This document shows positions 1 through 12,009 of a DNA stretch of 64,000 nt, in pieces. The notes under the pieces are model-generated. The model searched no databases and was not told where the DNA came from. It saw nothing but the letters and a program-made list of their open reading frames with translations. This stretch comes from Callorhinchus milii (lineage: Eukaryota), in NCBI RefSeq assembly GCF_018977255.1, contig NW_024704742.1:45696001-45760000 (forward strand). Direction: 5' to 3'. A program made the translations under genes and the position numbers. Position 1 is the stretch's first letter; every line of letters begins with the position of its first letter.

Positions 1-772
1 CTAAGTCATTTAATGTGCCTTTTTATCCCTTCGGGAAACAATGATTGCCCTAAAGTGATAAGAAATTCTATACCTCGCAGGTTATGGAAGACAGAGGGTG
101 GGTTTCTTCTTCAGAGCCATGGGGTCAGTCACGTTGGGCACAAAGCTGTGTCTAACCACACACCCAGAAAAAGCCGCAGGGTCAGCTGGAACCAGATCAT
201 GTTTCTTTCATACAATTTAAGTGATTTTGATCTGGAACAAATTCACCACAGAATATTGCAGCAGTTAGGCTCCTGGTGGAACAGTGACGATCATGATTCA
301 TTCTCTATTTGTAATGGTTGCAGTGTGAAGAAAGTGTGAAGAAAGTTGTACTTTTTTTAAAATTCTAAAAACATAAATGCAGTCCTGCTCACACTGCCTC
401 GGAATTCATACTGCTCTGTATTTCAGAGTGCCAATGGGGGCAGGTTTGCTGCGATAAGGTTAGGTACAAGATTGCCTTTTACACCACAATTAAATTAATC
501 TTTAAAAAAATTGTTGACGAGAAAACAGACTTTTTATTTTGGGAATTAGCCAATGGGGCAGGAGCTATGGGGGTGGGGGGTGGAAGGTAGGAAGTAACAC
601 TTGCTCTTTGTTAATGTCAGTGAACTGATAACAGGATATCTCTTAATAAATGTGGAAGGAAATAAAGTGCCTTCGCACCCCCTCTGCTCCCACCTCCCAG
701 CCTGAGCTCAGGGGCCCATTCAGCACTATGAATAGCCTCCTGGGAAGGGGAGGTTTGGGGGGAGGAGGTAAG

Positions 773-1075
773 CCAAGGTGATGTGGTTGGCAATGGAATG
801 TTGGAATTGAGTCTGCCCTCTGTGGTGGTCTCTGTAGTTTAGTGCTGTAATACAGGTCCATATTACCCCAAGGTACTATTGATGGCAACCAGCCAGCCAG
901 GCTCAACAGCATGCCCTGGAGGGTGGTTTTGAGCAGCAGGGATTCTTCCCACTCACCTGTTTCTAAGCTGTACTGTCTATTAATCTATGAATATCTGTTA
1001 ACTCTGCAAATCGAAAACTTAACAAGTAGAGTGATCCTAACTATAGACATAGCAAGAAGCTTGCCAGCAGTATCT
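773..1075 (+). repeat. Fragment of unclassified multi-hairpin repeat family (family X)
   Basis: ccaaggtgatgtggttggcaatggaatgttggaattgagtctgccctctgtggtggtctctgt aligns with 35744-35810. Similarity continues through ctgttaac...gaagcttgccagcagtat (about 35915-35995). Confidence 0.8.
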
Positions 1076-1115
1076 CGTAGCATACTCTGACGTCTCCGAG
1101 TGTTACACAGAATAA

Positions 1116-1440
1116 ATGCAGATGCCCATTTCCCGCAGCAATGTCCCACAATCAGCCGTGAAACAAATATCCTATTTTACTTGGGGGATTGTTGGCCAGG
1201 ACACAGAGAAAAACTCCCTTCACTTTTTGAATGGTGTCATGGGATATTTTACATCCACCTGAACAGGCAGACAGGACCTTGGTTCAACATTTCATTCGAC
1301 CAACAGCACATCTGACAATCCGGCACCCCAAAAATTGCATTGATGTTTCAACCTGGACTCCGTGAATTCAAAGTCCCGACGTGAAGCTTGAACCCACAAC
1401 TTTCTGACTCAGAGGCAAAAGTTTATCAGCTGAGTTAGAT
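1116..1440 (-). mobile_element. Older tRNA-headed Deu-domain SINE (SacSINE/AmnSINE-like)
   Basis: Reverse complement has a head ...ctctgagtcagaaagttgtgggttcaagc, the motif gtctgcctgttcaggtggatgtaaa and the Deu core tgtgggacattgctg. Confidence 0.8.
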
Positions 1441-1489
1441 GGAATGTCTAGAACAGATGAAAAACTCCATTCCCTTTCCAAATAATTTG

Positions 1490-1610
1490 GTAAATTGTTT
1501 AACATCCACCTAAACAGGCAGATGAGATCTCATTTTAATGTCATAATGAAAGGACAACACCTCCTAAAATGGACTGACGGGTCTGTCTAGACTATGAGCT
1601 TGAAGTACCA
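1490..1610 (-). mobile_element. Deu-SINE internal fragment
   Basis: aacatccacctaaacaggcaga matches the motif in the 1116-1440 copy. Confidence 0.65.
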
Positions 1611-2814
1611 GACTGATTATTATTGAACTCTAGTAGGATCTCTGGTTTATCGGGAAACTCAGTAATATGAGCAATGAAAACGTCTAAGGCAGACAGTAAA
1701 TTGACCACATAACTATGAAAATAAACAGATCAGTTTGCTTTAGCGACCTTGACTAAGATGAAAACGTTTCAGCTAAATATTATGCTCCAGTAAAAGAGAT
1801 GCAATGACCTTCTTGACTGCTCCAAATAAAAATACATTCCTGAAAATATCCCACTGCTGCTCTGATGCTTCAGGAAGCGATAGATTGAGGTGCAAAAGTT
1901 TAACTTTCACATTTGTACAGTTTAGCATTTAAATCTGATGTAGCAGACTTAATCCATTCAGGATTGTTCTGCTCAGATCCTGAAATTGACCTAATGCCAG
2001 TTAAAGTGGAGGAAGCTTTTCTCTGCCAAATCTAAAACAAGGAGATGTCAGATTTTTATCTCTAATGTTCATGTCAAGTGACTTGGAACTTTGTAAAGGA
2101 GATCTCACTAACCAAGTTCAGCAGACATTTAGAACAGAGCTCAGTTACCACTGGTATTACCGCAGAGCTGGAATTATTAATCATACAGAAACTGGGAGAT
2201 GTTACATTTTTGATGGCATTTCCAGTAAGAAACAGGTGGGAGAATTTGCCCACTGAGGAAACCATAACTCTCAGCCTGTTAAAGGGAAGCTAAGGTGACA
2301 AGAGTGTCACCAAAACTAAGGAAGGTCAATATTATCATCTATATTAGTTCAATGAAATACCACTCATAAACTTATCATTCATCAAACATACATGGGAAGG
2401 CTTATATCACCCAGAAAGGAGCAAAATCTGCCAAAACTGGGGAATGATCAGAGATAACATTTATATCATTCTTAGCAGAAGGAATGGAAGGTAACAGAAT
2501 AGAGGAGATCAGTATTACATGTATTTGCCTATAGAGATCAAGCTTAAATGATCCAGATACGTATCATCTATTTTTCATATCGGGGACCAAACTGCTTAAC
2601 TCCACTTTGATCTTGCAATTTACTGTATCAGTTGAATATCTTGACACTGCTTTGTAATGCACTTCCAGCTATCTATCATGCAGCTTGCAAGGTATGCAAT
2701 GCTTTTATACCATGATGACAAAGGAAATTCAGCATAACTATTCAACTATGTGGAATGGTTGGGAAGGGGGTGATAATCTGTGGATGTAATGGTTGTGCCA
2801 TTATATGTCAGGAC

Positions 2815-3030
2815 GACCTCACAAAGGCTTCACAGGATTTACAGTAAAGTGTAATCACTTTGTATTTTTAGGCAAGTAAAGCAGCCAATTTTACACACCA
2901 ATGTCCCACAAAGAGCCAGAAGATAAATAACCAATTTAATTGCAGGATTTGTTAGCCAGGTTGCATATTCACTTTTCATATAGTTTCATGGGATCTTTAA
3001 CATCCACATGAACAGCCAGACAAGACTTAA
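2815..3030 (-). mobile_element. Deu-SINE 3' half
   Basis: Contains gcagccaatttt...aatgtcccacaaa (Deu core) and catgggatctttaacatccac. Confidence 0.7.
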
Positions 3031-3239
3031 CTATCTAACCCAACACTGGTGCTCAAAAACTGAGTTATCCAGGAGGATTTTATAAGATTTAAAAGCCTGT
3101 GGATTTTACAAGGAAGAGAAGACTTGGGGGTGGTGGTGGTGGAGAGAACCATTGCAGTCTGGAGGTCCCGGGAGTTAGAAAAGGAGATGATGTGATGTGT
3201 TTTCATTTCAATATGGAGAGGATGCAGACAGGAGAAAGA

Positions 3240-3735
3240 ATACAATACAAAATTACATTTGTATAGCACCTTTCATGTTGGGGGGATGTCAGCAGGTGCT
3301 GGACAGTCAGGGATTTGGACCTGAGCTGGGGGGTGGGGGTTGTTGGGGTGAGGGAGGGTGGATGGCAAGGAGGGTAGTAAGGTGGCTGAATGCAAAGTTG
3401 AAGAAGTGGGTCTTGATTTGTGCCTTGAAGGAGGTAAGTAAGGGAGGCTGAAAGTACAACCGCCAATGACAAACCGGGCAGGGGACGTGGAGCAGGCCGG
3501 AGCCTGCTGAGCGGAGGGAGTGGACAGGCTAATAAGGGGTTAGTAGGTCACTGAAGTAGGAATGGACAAGGCCATGGAAGGCCTTGAAGGCGAGGACAAG
3601 GATTTTGAACTCTATCCTTTGAGGGATGTGGAGCCAGTGGAGCCAGGCAAGGGTGGGAGTAATTGGGTTACGGAATCTGGTGCGGGAGAGGAAATGATCT
3701 GCAGAGTTCTGAATGAATGTAGGATGGTGCATTTG
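3240..3735 (-). mobile_element. L2 LINE 3' fragment
   Basis: The minus-strand peptide NPITPTLAWLHWLHIPQRIEFKILVLAFKAFHG is the typical L2 ORF2 C-terminus, followed by the L2 tail (rc gaaaggtgctatacaaatgtaatttt). Confidence 0.9.
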
Positions 3736-4239
3736 GACCTTGAGAGAAAAAAATCAAATCCCTATTCACATACAAATAATTAAAGAGTACAATGACTAGT
3801 ATATAACTGAACACTTAATTTAATTTTTCTGGCAATGTTTATAACTTGCTATTGATTTGGATTATTTACAATATGCATTGATATTACTTTGCACAGCCTC
3901 ATCGTATATTTCTGCCAATACTATGAATCAGTACTTAGCTTTAAGTACAGCCAAGATGGCAAGAAACTGCTTGAACATATTGAAAACTCATTTAGTATCA
4001 ACATGATGGAAATAATGATCAAAATATGCTGATAACAGTGATTAATGATAATAAAACAAAATTTCTGAGACAGGTAATTACACAAATAGCTTTTATTTTA
4101 AAATTCATACCTGAAAAGTTGCATGCGGTTATTAGATAAAAGGACAGTAAAGTCAATTAGGACATCACATTTTCAAGAGTTTAATCCTCTTACCCCTAAG
4201 AGTGATCAGTGGCTGTTCTTCAACTGGAAGAGGCTAATT

Positions 4240-5757
4240 TCAGAGTTGAGAAGGGATCTGGCCCAGGCGGATTAGAAACAAAGATTGATGGGTAAAACGG
4301 TAAAAGAACAATGGGAGGCCTTCAAGGAGGAGATATTTAGGGTACAGACCAAAAACATTCCCATGAGGAGGAAACGTAGGGCATTCAAATCTAGAGCTCC
4401 CTAGATGACTAATGGCATTGGGATTAAAATGAAACAAAAACAGAAAAAGGAGACAAAGATAATTTTCACTTAGAAAGACAAGGCAAATCAAACTTAATTG
4501 AGTTCTTTGATGAAATAACGGAGAAGTTTAATGAAGGTAGTGCAGTTATGTAATGTATATGGACTTTCAGAAGGCATTTGATCAGATGCCGCATAATAGA
4601 CTAGTAAGCAAAATTGAACCCAATGGGGTAAAAGGGATAGTAGCAGCATGGATGCGAAATTGGCTGGGAGACAAAATACAGAGGGTAGTGGTGAATGGTT
4701 GTTTTTCAGACTGGAGGGAAGTATACAGTGGGTCTCCCAGGTGTTAATATTAGGTCCACTGCTCTTTTTGATATACGTAAATGGACTTGGGTATACAGAG
4801 CAAATATTTAAACTTTGCAGATGACACACAACTTGGGAATGTAGTAAACAATGAGGAGGACATAGACAGACTGGTGAAATGGACAGACACATGGTAGCTG
4901 AAGTTTAATGTAGACAAAGTGTAATGCATTTTGAGAGGAAGAATGAGGAGAGGAAATGCACAATAAATGGTACAATTTTAAAGGGGGTTCAGAAGCAGAG
5001 AGACCTGGGGGTTCACATACGCAGGTCTTTGAATGTGGCAGGACAGGTTGCCTATGAAACCTATGAAAAAAGCATATGGGATCCTTGGTTTTATATATAG
5101 ATGCATAGAAAAGCAAGAACTTTCTGCTAAACCTTTATAAGTACTGGTTAAGCCTCAGCTGGAATATTGTGTCCATTTCTGGGCACCACGCTGTAGGAAG
5201 CATATCAACATCAACTACAACTTGCATTTATACAGCACCCTTCACATGGGGCAACGTCCCGGAATGCTATCAATGCCTGGAGAGAGTGTAGAGGAGATTT
5301 ACCAGAATGGTACTAGGGATGAGGGACTTTAGTTACGTGGAGAGTCTAGATTGTTCTCCTTAGACAGAGAAAGTTAAGGGGAGATTTAATAGAGGTGTTA
5401 AAAATTATGAGGGGCTTTGATAAGAGCAGAAAGGGATAAACTGTTTCCATTGGCAGTTGGGTTAGTAACCAGGGCACATAGATTTAAGATAATTGGCAAA
5501 AGAACCAGAGGGGAGATGGGATACATTTTTTTATACAGTGACTTGTTACAGTCTGGAATGCACTGCCTGAAAGGGTGGTAGAAACAGATTCAATAACAAC
5601 TTTCAAAAGGGAATTAGATAGGTACTTGAAGAGGAAAAATATGCAAGGATATGGGGAAAGAGCGGAGAGCGGGACAAATTGGGTAGAGCTAGCACAGACA
5701 TGATGGGCCAAATGGCTTCCTTTGTGCTGTAATATTCTATAATTCTAGGATTCTATG
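4240..5757 (+). mobile_element. CR1 LINE, 5'-truncated, frameshifted, internally deleted ORF2 plus 3' UTR
   Basis: Peptides YMDFQKAFD, QRVVVNGCFSDWREV and FADDT, and cctcagctggaatattgtgtcc (PQLEYCV). 3' end gatgggccaaatggcttcct...attctat repeats. Confidence 0.93.
5209..5267 (-). mobile_element. Short L2 3'-tail insertion inside the CR1
   Basis: L2 tail (rc gggacgttgccccatgtgaagggtgctgtataaatgcaagttgtagttg) flanked by direct TATCAA at 5203-5208 and 5268-5273. Confidence 0.75.
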
Positions 5758-6149
5758 AAATGTATTATTCTCCAAAACTGAGTATTCAGTGCCCGTTTCA
5801 GAGCTCCATTCCTCAGCCCACCCCTTGTGGGAGGTTGCAAATTGTTTAGGGTTTTGAACTCTGCAGATTCACAAATGCCGATCTCAGTGCTTTCTGCCTC
5901 CAGGGCAAAATATTCTCCAATTCATAAATTGAATACATGAGGAAGAATAATTAAGAGCAAACTGCAATTATGAGGGAGATCTTGTGGGAGCGAGCCGTAA
6001 TGTATAATGTAGTCCTCAGATTTCATTCCAGAGATTGCAAGATTAGATTTAAACCTTTTTATCAGGCTAGATTAAAACATTTGTTTATAAGAAAATGTTT
6101 TTTGTCATCTAGGTCAGACTGTTTTATTCATAAAATAAAATAATCTTTA

Positions 6150-6320
6150 CAGTTTAGATAACACTTTCACATCAGAAAGTCATCTCAATGTATTCACTGT
6201 AATGTGTAGTGACTGTGTATTTTGTAGACTTATTTGGTAGCCAATTTATGCACAGCAATGTCCATAAACAACTGTGAAGCGTGTGACCAATTTTATTTGG
6301 GGATTGTTGGCCAGTTTTGG
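6150..6320 (-). mobile_element. Deu-SINE 3' part
   Basis: ggtagccaatttatgcacagcaatgtcc core plus acactttcacatcag tail. Confidence 0.65.
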
Positions 6321-8174
6321 GTGGCTTTTTCTCCCTTTGTGAAAATTAACAGACTTGATATGTGTGCTTGTGGAATTTATTTGTAAGAGCACACCCCAGC
6401 ATTGGAAAAACTACCTCCTTCCCACATATTTTTCAAACACAGAGGGAATTTCTCTTCATCCCTCCACAATCTGGCTTTCTGGCCAATGCACATTTCAAAA
6501 GGAAAGATTTATCTGAATTTTCTTTATTTTAAGGTGTGTGTACAATTCCCATCGGCTGTCCGTTCGGTTTTCAATAAACTATATCTGCATCTTTATATGT
6601 AAACAACGTTTCTTGATCTGCAAAATAGTTTAATTGTTACAGTGTATGCAATATCAAAATTCTTAACCAAATCCTGATAGCTGCTTGTTTGGTCCAAACA
6701 GCAGACCAAGTGTGAAGTTCACAATAGTGCCACACATTTCTGTCAATGGCATGATCACACAGATTGGCTGCAGTGCAGGACCTGTCACTGACACTTTGTG
6801 GGTGCAGCCAGCACAAAATCACTGAAATGTATGAGAGTAAGTCAGAAAGAAATAACAATTAATTCATTAGATTATTGAGCATGCCTCCTCTGCTTATGCT
6901 TCAGTAAAAATCAAGGTGCCAAGAACAACACTAAGTGTCCTTGTAACTAAAAGGTGACAAGGACATTAGTGAACACTGTAAGGGAGTACTAAGATTTTTA
7001 TCATATTGTCTTTGTTCAGTTTTAACAACCACGTCAGCTGGTGGGAAAATCCTAAGGATATACTAGGAGGCGACGGTAAGTTGAACTGTAGGGAAAGAAC
7101 TGAGGCTTTTAGAAGGAAATTCTGGAGTTTGCAAGGAAATTTGAAAAAAGTTAATCTCAAATGCAGAACACAGTGTGTGAATACTAAAAAGCAGAATGCA
7201 TGCAAATCACAGCTGGTTGAGGTTACTTTGCACAGATGGAATTTAGATAGTATAAATTGAAAACGTTCTGCAATAAGTTTAAATTCACTGGGACTCAAAA
7301 ATCCAGCGGAAATAAATTGACTGCAGAAATTATAATACTTACCATTTCTGGTACACTCAATGATCTCAGGAGAAAAATTCATGTTTGGAACATAGGGATA
7401 ATCTGAATATTATCTCGATATTTTCTATATTCTCCCTGATATGGACATTTTTTTGGCATTGCTCGCTTACTCTAACTGGGGTTAATAATTTCTTTTTAAT
7501 CCACCTGCTTAGTTGTAAAGCATTACAATAATAATCCTTGCATTTGCATTTGCTCTCAAAGACCTCTAAAAGTGTTAACAAGCAAACTGACCTAAACATA
7601 AAGGAACTGCCTGTTCAGCATGATTATGTAATATGCTAGCATGGGTTTGCACTCAAATTGTTGTTAAAATTAGCAACAAGAGAAACGTTCAGGCAAAATT
7701 CCAAGCAGCTACCCTGTACATAATCTATTGTAATGAGAAAAAGAATGTTACTGGTTTCATGGTCAATAAAAGTGCCTTTCTCCAGAACTTATTCTGTTCA
7801 AATTGATAAAAGTAAAAATATTCCAAATATCGAAAAGAAAATGGCAAGAACAGTAATTTTCTTTGACAAATGCTTCAGTAGTGATTGATATATGTGACAG
7901 ATTAATAATAATCCTTACATTTCATATTGCACCTTTCATGTCAAGAGGACAATTCAAAGTGTTACACAGGATATACTGTAAAGTGTAGTGACTGGGTATT
8001 TCGTAGCCAATTTATATTAATGGGGATGAAAAGAACTTAGAGAACAGCCTTGCTTGGAGTTTCTTACTAAAGTGCAGGGAGAAGGAAGTTCATGTGGTAA
8101 AAATCATGATATTGTGATGTTTTCATCAGATCCAGGATAGACTTTGCCAACTCTCTGCTCATCAGACTTCTTTA

Positions 8175-8645
8175 CTCTTGCCTTCACATGTTGCGAATCA
8201 TCTAGCTTGTGTCCTCTCCCCAGGCTCCACGAGCCTATCACCCTCACCCTTGCCCAGCTACATTGGCTCTCATATACCCCACAGGATTGAGCTCAAGATC
8301 CTTGTCCTCACTTTTAAAGCCATACAAGATATTGCTCCATTCTACCTCTCTGACCTTCTAAAACTTTACCAACATGCCCGCTCCCTCCGCTTGGCAGCAC
8401 CGGTTTGTTCCGTGTCTCACCATGGACAGTCAGATCTTTCAGCTTTTCAGCACCCTCTATCTGGGATTCCATCACGGAGTCCCTTCGCCTCGCCCCTCTC
8501 CTCTCGTTCTTCAAGATCCATCTCAAGACCTTCCTCTTTGATCTTTGTGCATCTTTCACCCCCACCCCTGTTGGCCTCTACCCCTAACAAATCCAACTCC
8601 CAACCCTCCACCATCTAGCGCTTTGGGTGTTGTCCTGACATGAAA
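8175..8645 (+). mobile_element. L2 LINE 3' fragment
   Basis: Peptides HRIELKILVLTFKA and FSFSAPSIWDS...FKIHLKTFLFD. The tail stem agcgctttggg...tgaaa is interrupted by a SINE. Confidence 0.9.
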
Positions 8646-8944
8646 GTCCTGTAGCTCAGTGGTTAGAGCACTCGCTTTGCAAGCGAGAGACCTGAGTTCA
8701 ATTCCAGGCAGGGCGAAATCTTGGGCAAGTTTCCTTACTCCACACGCCTAATAATAATCCCTCCAAAAACAATAATAAATTGGTCATTTTCAATCTACGA
8801 CTGTTTGTGGGACATTGCTGTGCGCAATTGGCTGCCGCGTTCGCCCACAAATATACAGTCAATTCACTTTACAGTGTGTTCTGTGAAGCGCTTTGGGACG
8901 TCCTCCTGACGTGAAAAGCGCTATATCAAATGCAAGGATTATTA
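8646..8944 (+). mobile_element. Young full-length tRNA-Deu-L2 SINE with a tRNA-Ala(TGC)-like head (SINE2-1_CM-like, from memory)
   Basis: A box tagctcagtgg, B box gagttcaattcc, Deu core tgtgggacattgctgtgcgcaattggctgccgcgtt, L2-type stem-loop and TTA tail. Near-identical to 50771-51100. Confidence 0.93.
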
Positions 8945-8967
8945 AAGGTGCTGTTTAAATCCTGTGT

Positions 8968-9285
8968 GGTCAGCCTGGCGCAGTGGTAGCACTCTTGCCT
9001 CCGAATCAGAAGGTTGTGGGTTCAAGCCACACAACGTTAAACTGATCTGCCTGTTCAGGTGGATGCTAAAGATCCCATGGCACTGTTTCAAAAAGAGGTT
9101 ACAATACAATTGGTCACTCACTCCATGGCTGTTTGATGGATATTGCTGTGTGCAACTGGCTACCACATTTCGTCCACAAAATACAGTCAATTCACTTTAC
9201 ATATACCTTGTAAAGTGCTTTGAGACATCTCAATGACATAGTAAGGCGCTATATCAAATCCAAGAATTATTATTGTTATTATAAT
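8968..9285 (+). mobile_element. Older tRNA-headed Deu-SINE
   Basis: Head gcgcagtggtagcactcttgcctccgaatcagaaggttgtgggttcaagcc, then ctgttcaggtggatg, the Deu core and an L2-like tail. Confidence 0.85.
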
Positions 9286-11114
9286 TTGTTGTTATCGTTT
9301 TAATTGATCTGAGTTAGGCTGGTGTACTGGTACTGAAACATATTCATAGCTGGCAACAACTGGGCCAGTGTCTGAAAGCTTCAACCGACTTCAGAAGGTA
9401 CTTCAAACCTGAAACCAGCCAATAGTTAAACACTGAAGAATTTCTCAAATACTAGCTTGTGTGTGAGAATATGTTTGTGTGTGTGGATGGGGGGAGTGGA
9501 GGGGCGTGGGGGCGCGGCATCAATAAAAAGCACTTGTAACCTGCTAAAACTAAACTGCTATCCTCAAAGCACAAAAGTGTCTGAACAATTTTGGATAGAG
9601 ACTTTAGAGCAAACCAAGACTATATCAAAGTCAGAGGAAGTACTGACACGTGGAATGCTGCCATTTCTCAACAGATTCAATGTTGTGAATACATTGAATG
9701 TATTATAAAACATTGCATTTTTCACCCCATTATACGATATGGAAAGAAGGCAGGGAAGTGGGATTAAGGGAGTGTATAGTGGCATGAAATGATGTGCATC
9801 ATAGTGTGTTTGGTTGGCTGAATTACATTCTCCTGTTTGTGAGTTCCCGTAACTTATGCAAAAATAACTTATTTTCAGATGTTATGTTATTTGGAGGGAG
9901 AGAGAGGGCGGGGTCAATATGCAATACACTATGTGATAGCGCTTACTTCATATTTCATTATATTTATCAGTTATTCAGCATTCAGTGCAGATAATGTTAA
10001 GAAAATGAGTATTATTATTCTTAATAAGCACTTGCCAAGTATAACACAGTGATTCAATCTTTTTGTGGCATTTGTGGTTTTGTGGCTGTTCATAAATGAC
10101 TTGAGCATGGCTTTCATAGTTTAGAACATCAGATTAAATAAATTGAATTACCCTCTTTATAATTCACTGCTGGATGAGGTGCCTATATATGATTTACATA
10201 ATCAGAGACTAGCTCAAATAAATAGACATCTGATCAGAGCCTGGCATTTCCATATAGAATCTAATTTACTTCCATTTTGTAAATTCAGGATCAAATCTGA
10301 TCTCAATTTAGGAATAACATTTATTGCATACAATTTCTATCAGCTTTAAATTCTACTCCACCTTTATCGTAGCACTGCCTGGAAAACAAAATCTTTTGCT
10401 TGCGTTTATCAACAGCACGCAACAAAGCTGTGTATGGATTATTTTGAAATTCAAATTGCTAAGAGGTGTCATTGTATATACACTCGTTTAGAATTCAAAG
10501 CTGTTGCAAAGGGCTTTAGTCAACTGCAGCAACAGCAGTAATGAATCTAATGATTAATTCCAAAAGTACATCTGATACATCTTATCGAGGACTGTGCTAT
10601 TAAATCAGATCTGACACAAACACAAAGGAAAACAGAAGAATGCTATGGTACAATGTAAATGAAAGTAAATTGACTATCGGAGTGCTAAGTCATTCATTAC
10701 TAAATCATACAACACACGAAAACATAATGGTTCGCTTATTTGCGGAAGCACACTCAAGGGAAAAGGCCCTTCCTGCATCTGTGATTTCATTCTAATGTAA
10801 GAGGTACAAATAATTGCCAGCAGAATTGGAATGGCAGATTGACAAGAGAGAGGTGAGAGTACAGTAGTTATTATCAGGATTAGCGTCAGGATTATAGTGG
10901 TTTGTGAACATAGTTGGAGAGGATGTTGTATTGTAGAACAAATGGGGAACTCTTGGTAACCTGAAATAGGTGTCTCAAAGACCCGCCAGAATACTGCACC
11001 AACATGATTTACTTCCAGACTGGTGTTCTTCCCAAGTCAATGGGTATTCCAGCATAATTTCTCATTAAGGAATATAAAATATGGCAACTAGACCACCACC
11101 GCCTCTCCCTCATT

Positions 11115-11262
11115 GTATCAGCCTGGCTCAGTTAGTAGGTAGAATTCTTGCCTCTGAAATTACAATTTGTGGGCTCAAGCTCCATGTCAGGACTTTAGTT
11201 CATCGTCTAGGCTGACACTCCAGTGCAGTGTTGGGGGGAAGAGTTGCATTGTTGCATTGTGC
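11115..11262 (+). mobile_element. Older Deu-SINE 5' part
   Basis: tcagcctggctcagt...tcttgcctctga...gtgggctcaagc...ctaggctgacactccagtgcag. Confidence 0.7.
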
Positions 11263-11267
11263 AAGAG

Positions 11268-11362
11268 ATGCATCTCTTCAGGGAGAGAGGGTACATCCCA
11301 TTTCAGACACAAGGAAATTTCCAAATGGAAATGGCATACATATGTGAAACTCTCAGTCTGTT
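11268..11362 (+). repeat. Family X fragment
   Basis: gcatctcttcagggagagagggtacatcccatttcagaca resembles both 35673-35710 and 36125-36160. gaaactctcagtctg resembles 36203-36217 and 44657-44671. Confidence 0.6.
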
Positions 11363-11389
11363 GTTTGATGCTCTTGAGGATGTGTTGCT

Positions 11390-12008
11390 CTTTCTTCCAC
11401 CAACGATGCATCGCCCGCCTCCACCAATACCTCACTCCAAAAGCCGCTGAAACCCTGGTCCATGCCTTTGTCACCTCTCGGTTGAACTAATCAAATGCCC
11501 TCCTTGCCAGTCTCGCCTCCACTACCATCCATAAAATCCACGTCATCCAAAACTCTGCTGCCTGCATTCTCACCCACACCAAACTCCGCTCCCTGATTAG
11601 CCCAGTCCTTGCAAAACTGCACTGGCTCTCTGTCCCAGAGAGGATCGACTTCAAGATCCTCACATGTGTCTTCAAATCCCTCCACTCCTGTGCATGCCTC
11701 TACCTCCCTGACGTCCTCTCTCCTCACAACAGTGCCTGTTGCCTCCACCTTGTCTCACGAGTTCTCTGCTCCATCATCGGCAGCCGTGCCTTCAGCTTCT
11801 ACGCTCCGAGGGTCTGGAATTCCCTTCCTCACTCCCTTCGCCTCATCCCCTCTCTTCCCACTTTCAGGTCTCGGCTGAAGATCTTTCTTTTCGACCGCGC
11901 CTTTGGTCACCTTCCTCCCCCTCCTCCTGGCTCGGCCCCGGGTTCCGTTACTGTGAAGCACTCTGAGACACCGTCCGACATGGAGGGCGCTATACGAGAT
12001 AGTATTTT
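11390..12008 (+). mobile_element. L2 LINE 3' fragment
   Basis: Peptide RLHQYLTPKAAETLVHAFVTSRL, atccaaaactctgctgcc (IQNSAA), LHWL...RIDFKIL, and the L2 tail. Confidence 0.92.
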
Positions 12009-12009
12009 T

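Noticed and set aside
8646..8715. Bona fide tRNA-Ala gene (also at 50771 and 61211)
   Set aside because: Each copy runs directly into a SINE body and tail, has no T-run terminator and lacks the G3:U70 identity pair.
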